Assembly (NCBI RefSeq): GCF_006345805.1
Contig: NW_021832577.1
Span: 1-59,554, forward strand
DNA from: Octopus sinensis
Taxonomy: Eukaryota
DNA: 59,554 nt
Direction: 5' to 3'
The notes beneath the pieces are model-generated. The model made no database searches, was not told where the DNA came from, and was given only the letters and a program-made list of their open reading frames with translations. Below, in pieces: positions 48,731-59,554 of this stretch (position 1 is the first letter of the stretch; every line of letters starts with the position of its first letter). The translations under genes were made by a program, and so were the position numbers.

Positions 48731-49409
48731 CATACATATATAGACATATATATACACATATATATATACATATATACACATATATATACATATATATACA
48801 TATATACGTATATATATATAAACATATATATATGTATATACATATATAACATATATACGTATACATGTATACATATACATCATATATATATATATGTAAG
48901 TATGTATGTATGTATGTATGTATGTATGTATGTATGTATGTATCTATGAATAGGAATGTTTCGCAGGAGAGCTCTTGATAGTCAATAATGCAACTCTCCT
49001 CACTTGCCATTTCAGGCCAGCTCTGACGGCACATATGTTGCTGAAAGAATCAGTTAGACTATGATTTAACGTGAAGCTTGGTGCACGGTACACACGACGT
49101 TTTTTCATGTACACCACCGCTACACCGCATTTGATGGTGAAAATGAAGATGATGATGATGATGATGATGATGACGACGATGACGACGACCACGATGACGA
49201 CGACCACGATGACGACGACCACTATGACGAACATGATGACGTTAATGTTGATGACGATCCGGTTCGTTATGAAACTGATTAACAAACCGTTGATAGATAT
49301 CCAATAATAATACGAATACTCTCGTACCATCTCATAGATATATGTGCGTGCGTCTGTGTGTGTGTGAGTGTGTGCGTGAATGTGTGTTTGTATGTATGCA
49401 TATATATAT

Positions 49410-49451
<42 letters not shown>

Positions 49452-49454
49452 TCA

Positions 49455-49670
49455 TTACTACTCACAAGGGGCTAAAAACAGAGAGGACAAAAGGACAGAC
49501 AAAGGGATTAAGTTGGTTACATCGACCCCAGTGCGTGACTGGTACTTAAGTTATCGACCCCGAAAGAGATGAAAGGCAAAGTCATTTTTAAACTCAGAGC
49601 GTAGCGGCAGACGAAATACCGCTATGCATTTTAACTGGCGTGCTAACGTTTCTGCTAGCTCACCACCTTA
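49455..49670 (-). mobile_element. OK-type SINE monomer
   Basis: Reverse complement of the OK body and tail (actcacaaggggctaaaaacagagaggacaa...aactcagagcgtagcggcagacgaaatac). Confidence 0.88.
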
Positions 49671-49696
49671 ATATATATACATATACATACATACTA

Positions 49697-50195
49697 ATAT
49701 GCCAAGCATGTATGCCTTCCTCGTGCGGAGACGACTGCGCTGGCTTGGACACGTCTGCCGCATGCAGGACGGTCGCATGCCTAAAGACATCCTGTACAGC
49801 GAACTCACCACGGGATCCCGACCCAAGGGACGTCCACAGCTACGATACAGGGACGTGTGCAAGCGCGACCTGGAGGACTGCCAACATCTGTGTGGACACG
49901 TGGGAGGAGGGAAACAGCTGCTGACGCTCTGCCTGGCGTCGGACAGTGAAGAAAGGCGTTTCCATGGCTGAGGAGAGGAGAGCACAGCTGTGGTTGGACA
50001 GGCGGGACAGGAGGAGAACAACTGCAGCAACACCCCACACGTACCCATCGATGTTCGTGTGCAGCAAATGTACCAAGGACTGCCACTCTATAATTGGACT
50101 GTTCAGTCACAGCAGACGCTGCACATCATCAAAGTAGGCCCCACCCTTGGCGCAACCCATTGTCTATCAAGACAGACGGGGAAAGAGAGAGAGAG
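49697..50195 (+). mobile_element. RTE-clade (BovB-like) LINE 3' fragment
   Basis: MPSMYAFLVRRRLRWLGHVCRMQDGRMPKDILYSELTTGSRPKGRPQLRYRDVCKRDL /fs/ TANICVDTWEE...*RSAWRRTVKKG...FVCSKCTKDCHSIIGLFSHSRRCTSSK*. The RLRWLGHVxRM and GRPxLRYxD motifs and terminal C2H2-like motif are typical of RTE ORF ends. Confidence 0.95.
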
Positions 50196-50586
50196 ATACA
50201 TACATACACACACAATCACATATGGGCATGTGACTATGTATTACTATATATAAAAACAGGAGAAATAAGCTATATCAAATCTCTGAGCGAGATGTAAACA
50301 GTAGGAATACGGAATTGTTACATAAGATTGCTAACCAAGTGTGGCGTCCCCTATATGGGACAGTGGTACTGGCGTTTATAGCCCCAGGGAGACATCTCTT
50401 CCAGCTGGCTAACGACACACATTCTGTGTCCGCTTGGTATTTGCGAGGGGAGGTCATCGCTCCCATCTCCAGCCTTACGTGATACACACGGACTCCAGTT
50501 TCTGAGTGGTTACCCGTCCTCAGCCTCTGTCAATCACCAGCTAGAGAAAAAAAAATCATTCCACTCGCAAATTACTATATACTTTT

Positions 50587-50644
<58 letters not shown>

Positions 50645-51664
50645 CAATAAACAAATGGTATTTTATGCTTTTTACAACATACACGTGTTTCGGGAATTTA
50701 CTGCCAAAATTACATAATTGCCTGTTGAACCATTATATAATCTTATAAGTTTACCTCTTCAATATATATGATATGGTCAATTACAGTAATAGTTTGCCCT
50801 AGTGCTTGATTTGTCCTCTAATCTTCCGTAAAATATTCTATCCTACAAATTATTATCCATTAAATTCGATTTTTATATTTTTACTCTTCTTTTTTTTATA
50901 AGATAATGCAATGTTTCTCAAAGTGATGCAACAGTTTCTTTCAGAATATCACAGATTTAATTTTCCTGATGATTTTTTCTCCTTCATATATACATACAAT
51001 ATATACATACATACATACAGTCATACAACATTTCTTCAGATTAATACGAGAGAAAAATATATAGTAAGTTCTGGATTTAATATATTCTTGAGGCGTTAGC
51101 CACAAAAATGAAAGTTCTTATTATAATTCGGAATTTAATCAAAGCGTACATTTGATTATCACCACAGCTACGTTGTAGGTAATTTAATGAAAAGTTCTTT
51201 AAAATATATTTCTTCGGCTATCTCACATTTTTCATAATGAGTTTCACAACGCTATATTTATCTCTGCCGACTCGTGTACACAGCAGGAGACAAGTTCTCC
51301 CTCTAGGTGTTGTTTTTTGTTAAAATTTCATACACTTCTTGATTGTTTCTTTGTCTACTATTTGCTTGGATAGTATTGGGTTGTTCAGTAAAGTTGGCAA
51401 TTCAGAGTGATCAGCATACTAAACACAAATACAGTGTCGCATATTATATAGATAAATCCTTATAGTATTTGTATATATTACACAGAACATTCCTTCAACC
51501 AGGAGTAATTTACCTTCAGCAACACAATTAATTTATTTTGCAGTGAATTAGCGCAGGCGTTCGAGCATTGGACAGCTTCCTTCGTGATATTTGCTCCGCA
51601 GTGTCTATATCCTGTGTTCAAATCTCGCGAGATCACATTTATATTTTATCCATTCCTAGTTGCA

Positions 51665-51723
51665 ATAAAAATGCACCAGTAGCGATAGATCGATGGTGGG
51701 GGACAAACACAAGCACAAAGACG

Positions 51724-51783
<60 letters not shown>

Positions 51784-51972
51784 ATATATATATATATATA
51801 TATATGCGACGGGTTTCTTTCAGTTCCGTCTACCAAATCCATTCACAAGAGTTTGGTCGGCCCGAGGCTGTAATAGAAGACATTTGCCCAAGACACTTGC
51901 CACGCTGTGCGACTGAACCCAGAACCATGTGGTTGGGAAGCAAGCTTCTTACCACACAGCCACGCCTGCGCC
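51665..51972 (-). mobile_element. OR-type SINE
   Basis: Reverse complement of ggcgcaggcgtggctgtgtggtaagaagcttgcttcccaaccacatggttctgggttcag, with an internal (CA)n/(TA)n tract. Confidence 0.88.
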
Positions 51973-52009
51973 TATAATGGTAACAATAACAATAATAATA
52001 ATACCCCTT

Positions 52010-52220
52010 TCTACGAAAGACACAAGGCCTGAAATTTTGAGAGAGTGAGCGAATCGATTAGATCGAATCCCGTACACAACATACTTAATTCATCCACCCC
52101 GAAAAGATGAAAGGCAAAGTCTATCAAGGTCGAATTTGAACTCAGAACGTAAAGCTGGACGAAATGCCGCTAAAAAATTTCCCTGGGGTGTCAACTATTC
52201 TGCCATCTCGACCCCCTTAC
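52010..52220 (-). mobile_element. Degenerate OK-type SINE
   Basis: ccccgaaaagatgaaaggcaaagtc...gaatttgaactcagaacgtaaagctggacgaaatgcc. Confidence 0.8.
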
Positions 52221-52319
52221 TTATTTCGATAATAATGCAAAACCTGTTCCTGGATCAAACACACGCTAAACCCTTCTCAATCATTAATACCTGAACGTCA
52301 AACAGAAATGTAGAATCAG

Positions 52320-52504
52320 GTGCAGGAGTGGCTGTGTGGTAACTAGCTTGCTTACCAACCACATGCTTTCGGGTTCAGTCTCACTGCGTGGCACCTTAAG
52401 CAAGTGTCTTCTACACTACCTCGGGCCGACCAAAACCTTGTGAGTGGATTTGCTAGACGGAAACTGAAAGAAGCCCGTCGTATATATATATATATGTATG
52501 TATG

Positions 52505-52538
<34 letters not shown>

Positions 52539-52775
52539 TGTATGTATGTATGTGCCTATGTATGTATATATTTATGTGTATATGTTTGTGTGCTTTTGTT
52601 AGTCCTCCACCATCGCTTGGCCACCGATGCTGGTTTGTTTCCATCCTCGTAACTTAGAGGTTCGGCAAAAGAGACCGATGGAATAAGTACTAGGCTTACA
52701 AAGAATAAGTCCTGTGGTCCATTCGCTCGGTGATACTCCAGCATGGCCGCAGTCAGAATAACGGAAACAAGTAGT
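52320..52775 (+). mobile_element. OR-type SINE
   Basis: gcaggagtggctgtgtggtaac..., internal (TATG)n, tail ccagcatggccgcagtc. Confidence 0.9.
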
Positions 52776-53742
52776 TGATACCTGGTATCAATAATTTAGA
52801 ACTAAATTTGAGACAAATAAATGCCATTAAAATAGAATTTTCCCTGGTCGCCATGAGTCTTTTAGGCTTTCTTGTAATATACTGTAGCAAGAATGGCTAA
52901 AAGAAGCTTCTCCGCAAGAAATGGTAAATGAAAAGAATGCCATCGACAGTCTTTAAGACAAAAACAGAATATCAAAAAATTAAAACAGTAAAATAATTAT
53001 ATAAAGGTGGTGCCCCAGCATGGCCGCATTTTAATGACTGAAACAAGTAAAAGAAACAAATAGAACAATACATTCATACATATGTACTAAATGGCACGAG
53101 AAGATTGTTCCTGGAAACCTTAAATAGAAGAATTGATAGAAATCGCATGAAGTTGCGAGCATTCAGAGAATCACGTACGTTTTTGTACATCTATGAATGT
53201 GTGCATGTATCTATATGCGTGTTTGTATGTGGTTTTGTATCCATATATGTATATGTATGTGTATATGTGTGTGCAAGGCAGTGTGCATTTGCGCATGTGC
53301 ATGTCCGTAGTAACATGTCTTACCAGAGCTGGATTATTCAGGAAGTAGAGTTTTATATTAAAAGGTCCAATGGAAGCTTATGTATATATAACTTTGTGTG
53401 CATGTGTGTGCGTGTGTATGCGTGTGTGTGTGTCTGCGTTTGTGTGTGTGTGTGCATGTGCTTGTGTGTGTGTGTGCGCGTGTCTGTCTGTCTGTGTCTG
53501 TGTCCGTGTGTGTTTGCGTGAATTCTCGAAAAATATCTCTCATTTAAATCAAAAATAATTATGTAAACATATTAATATTTCGTTTCGAGAGATTTTTGAA
53601 GAACCAAACGGAAATAACAGAAACAAAATATGATAGGATAAAAAAATACCTTTTTTCAAAAGAAATTAAAATGCATAAATACAAGATTGCATACATATAC
53701 ACACTGACACTCATACATTCAGCCAAACATTACTTAAATATG

Positions 53743-53970
53743 TGGAGGAACAATGGCCCAGTAGTTAGGGCAGCGGATTTGCAGTCATAGAATCGCGGTT
53801 TCGTTTCCCAGACTGGGCGTTGACAGTATTTATTGAGCGAAAACATCTAAAGATCCACGATGCTCCGGCAGGGACAGGTGGTGTCCCTACTGTATTCTTT
53901 CACCATAACTTTCTCTCACTCTTTCTGTTGCACTGGAACCCTCGTCGCCGTAACCGACGGAGTGCCACAA
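53743..53970 (+). mobile_element. tRNA-derived SINE sharing the ggaaccctcgtcg...aaccgacggagtgcc tail
   Basis: Head tggcccagtagttagggcagcggatttgcagtc...ggtttcgtttcccagac; tail at 53935-53968. Confidence 0.75.
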
Positions 53971-54012
53971 TATAAATATATACATATACACGCATACATA
54001 TGTATATGTGCA

Positions 54013-54057
<45 letters not shown>

Positions 54058-54933
54058 TATAATATATATATATATATATACAGGTGTAGACATACATAAT
54101 AGGCTAAAGCATTTGTGGGCGAAACACCAGCATGGCCGTAGTCCAGTAACTGAAATTATGAACGCAATATACAGACTTGAGTGGCTACACACGCAAATAC
54201 ACACATTCATTCATACATACATGCATACATAGAGATGTGTATATAATCTTGAAATATATATATATTATCGCCATGGAAGGAATTTCTGAGAAATAAGTAA
54301 ATAATCTAATACTAGCAGTACCCGTATAAACTCAGCACCCCGTTTTGATACAGTGTCGGCCATAAACATCTCCCCCTTCTTTTCCTTCATAATCCTTTGA
54401 TTAATTTCTCAGAAATCTTGTCATCTCTCTTCAGCCATCTTTTCTCTTCGCACCTGTATTCTTCGGCTTCTGCAAAATACTCTTCTTGGCAATCATCATC
54501 TGCCATATTTCGATATGTTTTTTTGATTAACAATTCTCATTTTTTATTTCATTTTAACCTCAGTTTTGCCATACGCACCTTCCACATACACACGCAAATA
54601 CTCACATGCGTAGGCCAATGGCGGGCGCTCATACTCACACACATGCACACACACATGCACACACACATGCACACACACATGCACACACACAACTACCTTC
54701 ACTCCAAATACACACAATCAACTCAATGTAGTTTATTTGCGTGTATATTATTTGCTCTAACAGAGCTCATATGACAGTAAGCCTATGTCCTGTGCATGCT
54801 ATCGCTTTATCCATGTATCTGTATAAATCTATCCATCTATTTCTGTATATCTATTAGTCTGTCTGTCTATCTATTTATCCATCTATCTATCTATCTATCT
54901 ATCTTTCTATATGTCTGTCTATCTATCTATCTA

Positions 54934-54971
<38 letters not shown>

Positions 54972-56789
54972 GTCTATCTATCTATCTATCTATTTCTCAC
55001 ATACTTTTAAGTACCCAGCCCCTTTCCTCAATGTGACATCTTTTACACCACAGGAAGATATCACTATTAATTTGTTATACTAAATTACAAATATGACAAA
55101 ATATGACAAGAATTTGGGTTGGTTAAATTCCGCAAACTGAAGAACTGTGAAGAATGATAACAAAGTCCAAATTTTATTTGTCTAAGTCTATAAGTTACGT
55201 TGTAGGAAGAGTGATTCCGACGAGAGTCCTTCTGCGGCATAGAACATTCATCAACAATTTTCATTTTCTTCTCCCAGCAACCAACGTTGATGGTACCATC
55301 AAATTCTCCTTCAATTTTGATTGATTCGATTAAACTACAAAATGAACACGTGCCAACATATTTGCATATTCTTACATTATAGAAATTTTTGAAAGTCGCT
55401 TGATCATTAGTAAACAACCATTTCGAGACTGACGGGTGGATATACGGTATTTATCTCTTGGTTCTATGTACCCTACTTTCACTATTTATCTCAGATATCT
55501 TTGTAGTCGATAAAGGACTTACTTTTTAACCTTGACCCAGCGTAACATCTAGGACTTCTCAGCCGGTGGACAGAGGGCTGCATGAGTATACCGAAACAGA
55601 GTGAAATAAAATGATTTGCTCAAGGAGATATCATTACTGCTGGATTCAGGATTAGAACCCTGGGTCTATGAACATTAACCGAATTATCTAATCACTCGGC
55701 AACGCACTTTTACAATAATTTGTTGATAAAGAAAAGAAAAGAGGATTCTGTAATAAAGTATGATCTGAAAAAAATCAATAATCACAAAGAGAAAGCAAGA
55801 TAAAATTAATAAGTGGATCGAAAAGTCTGAAAGTGTGTCAAATATTTTTATATATCCTGTATAAGGAGTCGGAGAAAACTGGTGACCCGCTAATAATATA
55901 CGGAGAATACTAAAAAGTCGGTGTAGCGTGGTTTGTAACGGTTGAGAAGTTTCTAGAAGATGCAGAGGGAGTAAGAAGCACAACATGAATGCTAGCAGAA
56001 GAATTCACGATGAGAATTGCAGAAGGAGATTGTATAGAATGGAGAATCTATAGAGATTGTCTTTTACGAAGATGAACGAAGATATTAACATGGTGAGATC
56101 ATAGTGCGGAGGAAATCAAACTAAGATACTATACCAGGACGCATCTCTGCATTATAAGAGTAGGTTAAGAGAAGAGGTATATTATCTATGACGATAATAC
56201 CACAGTACCTCTCCCTTTTGTAAAGGACGATGTGAAAAATGCAGCGTATTTGGTAATCGAATTTAGATATTATATAAAGGAACAGTTATGTATTATATAT
56301 CGAATTTGAATTGAATCTATAATAGAGAGAGAGAGAGAAAGCTGAGAAATTGTCTGAACATCAGCCCACTTTAATTGAATTGAAAGACATCAAATCTATG
56401 CTACTTCAACAAGCGAGGTGACCAGATGGCGCTCGGCGAATATTGAAAAACACAAAAGGTTAAAATGGCGAATATTATAAGAAATATGAGGAAGGTTAGA
56501 AGGAGTTCTACCCATTGACGTTGTAATAACCGGATTTACAGGAATTGGATTCCTGCAACTAAATAGATCTGGATCAAGAACTCAAGCGTGACATTCAATT
56601 CTATAGTTAATAAATTACATTTATGTAATTCCAGACAGAAGTAGTATCATTATTAATCAATTGGATAACGTTAGCTAATATACGATTTGTACAGAATTCC
56701 TTCAAATGTATTAGATTGAAGAAAACTCAGCAAACACGATTCCTAACATTGGCAAATGTCTATAATGTGATTTGATTCATACATAATCG

Positions 56790-57540
56790 GTAACGCATAG
56801 ATATTTGTGGGCCCCACGATGGATGAAACGTAAGATTTCTTCCCTGGATTTGAACAGAGAATGTAGCGGAGAGATGTATCTGAACGCTGATATATATTCC
56901 TTTCAAATTTTGGCACGACGCCAGCAATTTCGGGGAAGAGATTGCATCAGTTACATGGACCATAGTATGCAACTGGTATTTTTTTTATTGATCCCGCAAG
57001 GGATGAATGGCAAAGACGAACACTGCGGCATTTGAAATCAGAACGCCAAGCATTTTTCCCGGTGTGCTCACAATTCTTATTTCTTTACTGCCCACAAGGG
57101 GCTACACACAGAGGGGACAAACAAGGACAAACAAATGGATTAAGTCGATTATATCGACCCACGTAGTAACTGGTACATATTTAATCGACCCCGAAAGGAT
57201 AAAAGGCAAAGTCGACCTCGGCGGAATTTGAACTCAGAACGTAGCGGTAGACGAAATACCGATAAGCATTTCGCCCGGCATGCTCACAATTCTCGCCTGC
57301 CACTTCCGGGAATGGAAATACTGGTTTCAAATTTTGTCACTAGGCCAGCAACTTTGAGGCGAGGCGGTAAGTCGATTACATCGACCCGAGTGTTCAACTG
57401 GTACTTATTTTATAAGTTACCTCGAAAGGATGGAATGCAAAGTCGTACTTGGTGGAATTCGAACTCAGAATGAAAATGCGGTTGAGATGCTTCTAAGCAT
57501 TTTGTCCGGCATGCTAACGATTTTGCAAGTTCGCTGCCCC
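56790..57540 (-). mobile_element. Cluster of 3-4 nested/degenerate OK-type SINEs
   Basis: Repeated cgaaaggat(g/a)aaaggcaaagtcgacctcggcggaatttgaactcagaac-like blocks at ~56820, ~57000, ~57190 and ~57425. Confidence 0.85.
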
Positions 57541-57824
57541 TCTTCGAGGAATGTAAATTATTAAAATACATTTCAGTTAATTTACTCTTTTTATTTTAAC
57601 GTTTCATTTAGTGTTTTGTTGAGAATATTTACGAATGGATGCACTCTTTTATACATGATGTAATGGCGCTGAGTAATAAGAAAGGTTAATGCGATCTAGT
57701 AATGCTGTATGGACCAATGTAGCCAGACAAGGGAACTGGCAGAAGGGTTAAAAACGTCGAAAAAGTGGTCTGCCAAAGATTCTGCCAAGCTCGACGCCTT
57801 AGCTCAAAGTATTATCTAAGGCGT

Positions 57825-57989
57825 TGGTGCGGCTGTGTGGTAAGGAAGTTGATCCCTAGCCACATGATTCCGGGTTCAGTTCCATGTCTGACACCTTGGA
57901 CAAGTGCGCTCTACTATAGCCTTGAGCCGACCAAAACCTTGTAAGTTGATTTGGTAGACACAAACTGAAAGAATACTGTTGCATGTGTG

Positions 57990-58023
<34 letters not shown>

Positions 58024-58230
58024 TTGTTTCTGTGTTTGGGCTCCACCAGCACTTCACCTCCGATGTTGGTGTTTTTACGTCCCTGTGAATTAGCGGTTCG
58101 GCAAATGTCACTGATATAATATGTATACCAGGGTTAAAACGAATTATTACTGGGGTCGATTCGTTCAATTAAACTTCTTGAATTAACAAGTCGTGGCTGC
58201 AATCCAATGATTGAAACAAGTAAATGGCAA
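57825..58230 (+). mobile_element. Degenerate OR-type SINE
   Basis: gcggctgtgtggtaagg...gattccgggttcagttcc...accttggacaagtg..., internal (TG)n, tail tgattgaaacaagtaaa. Confidence 0.85.
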
Positions 58231-58958
58231 AAGACACAAGAGTACGCAAGAGTACGACGTTGTATTACGTTCTCCATGTGGACCCTGAGTGTCCCACAAC
58301 AAAATACTAACTTAGTGATACACGATACTATTTTAAGTGCCCCCGAAAAGAATTTGCTTTGGGTGTATGTCTGCGTATGTATTGCAAGAAACGGCTTGGT
58401 TTCCTTCTTTGATGTTTTAGGTAGTTCATCCTACACAACTTAATGTGCGAAAAGCAAAATCGGAATTTTGAACGAAGTTTCTGTAAAACTAGCTTTTAAA
58501 CATCGAATAGCCATGGGGATCCAGCAGAGTAAAACACGAATCAAAAGGGTCCATAGATAAAAAAAAATGGCTGAAATCCCCTGATTTAAAATAGTGTTTA
58601 AGGACAATTATGGATATAATATTCCGCTCTCATTCTCGTATTTAGAAAGCATTTTATTATTGAAAAAAGCCATTACCTCGAGGTAAGTATAAGCAGAGGA
58701 CAAACTTTCGAAAGCATGGCTTTTTTTCCCGAATTTCTTTAACAGAATGCAGTAAAATTACACATAGTTCTCGTCTTAAAACTCAAGAAATGTTTCCGGA
58801 TTTATCCGAATCACAATAAATAAATATCTAATTATTTGTCTTTTACGTATACTTCCTTTCGCTATTACACACACATGGATGTGTTCATAAAAGTCATTTT
58901 CACTCATTTCTGTTTTTAGATAAACCCCTCACGACAGCAGATAATGAAGTATGATGCG

Positions 58959-59012
58959 GATGGCGGTAGGAGTTTTATATTCAAAATGGCGTTGCTGAAA
59001 AACAAAATGGCG
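58959..59012. promoter_or_regulatory. Cluster of three YY1/Pho-type ATGGCG motifs
   Basis: gatggcgg (58959), caaaatggcg (58982) and caaaatggcg (59003) in unique sequence; motif match only. Confidence 0.4.
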
Positions 59013-59364
59013 TTTCATTTTTCTTTGAATTCTTATTTCTTTATAGCGCTATCGGTAGATTGGAAACTTCGTTACCAGACTTTTATTCGTTTACTATGGC
59101 TGCTTTTTGGTTTGCGGTTTTGTACAGCACAGTGGCATATCAAAGACAGACGAAGGCAAATGCTTTAATAGGAAAGATATGACCGGAGGTGGGGAAGCTA
59201 TATATGTGCTTATATATATATAATAGTATGTCTATATGTGTGTGTGTGTGTGCATGTATATGTACCTGGGTGTGTGTAACTGTGTGTTTGTGTGTCTGTG
59301 TAAATACATATTCCATCACATTCACACAAGCATATGTATATATCTATACTATATTTTTTCATTT

Positions 59365-59554
59365 TATTTTATTCGTTTACTTGTTTCAGTCATTTGGCTG
59401 CGGCCTTGCGGGAGCAGCGCCTTTAGTCGAACAAATCGTTCCCAGGGCTTATTCTTTGTAAGCCTAGTACATTATCTTTATCGGTCTCCTTTGCCGAACC
59501 GCTGAGTTACCGGGGATGTAAACACACTAACATCGATTGTCACGCAATGGGCCG
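59365..59554 (-). mobile_element. OR-type SINE 3' half (runs off the window end)
   Basis: Reverse complement of the tail: ttacttgtttcagtcatt...cgcctttagtcga...cttattctttgtaagcctagtac...atcggtctcctttgccgaaccgct. Confidence 0.9.

Noticed and set aside
55085-55417. 110-aa non-repetitive minus-strand ORF
   Set aside because: No recognisable motif, non-ATG start, no convincing splice sites.
535-59505. Dozens of YI/CV/TH/YLSI-rich ORFs in the ORF track
   Set aside because: Translations of (TA)n, (CA)n, (TATG)n, (CTAT)n and (ATT)n microsatellites or of SINE sequence.

Overview
AT-rich, microsatellite-dense, essentially non-coding eukaryotic DNA, almost certainly from an Octopus genome: it is littered with tRNA-derived SINEs that I recognise as the octopus OK-type and OR-type families. 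I could not recognise an intact host gene. Most long ORFs in the track are translations of simple repeats, and the remaining protein-like ORFs are retroelement or transposon remnants. These remnants are the 3' ends of an RTE LINE (49.7-50.2 kb), an R4/Dong RLE LINE (42.1-42.5 kb), an L1/Tx1 LINE (22.7-23.2 kb) and a CR1-like LINE (20.3-20.6 kb), plus an internally deleted mariner-like transposon (24.5-24.9 kb) and a ~1 kb MITE. The most interesting signal is RNA structure. (i) A family of short elements at three loci carries four minimal type-I hammerhead ribozyme motifs of the Penelope-like kind; two loci have an inverted 5' arm, one is fused to a tRNA-like head, and one has a SINE inserted in loop II. 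(ii) A second, unrelated degenerate hammerhead sits at the apex of a ~140 bp hairpin element (43.6 kb). (iii) OK-SINE concatemers have a fixed unit junction and were inserted as single events flanked by TSDs. All calls were made by eye; no database search or folding program was run, and SINE boundaries are approximate.
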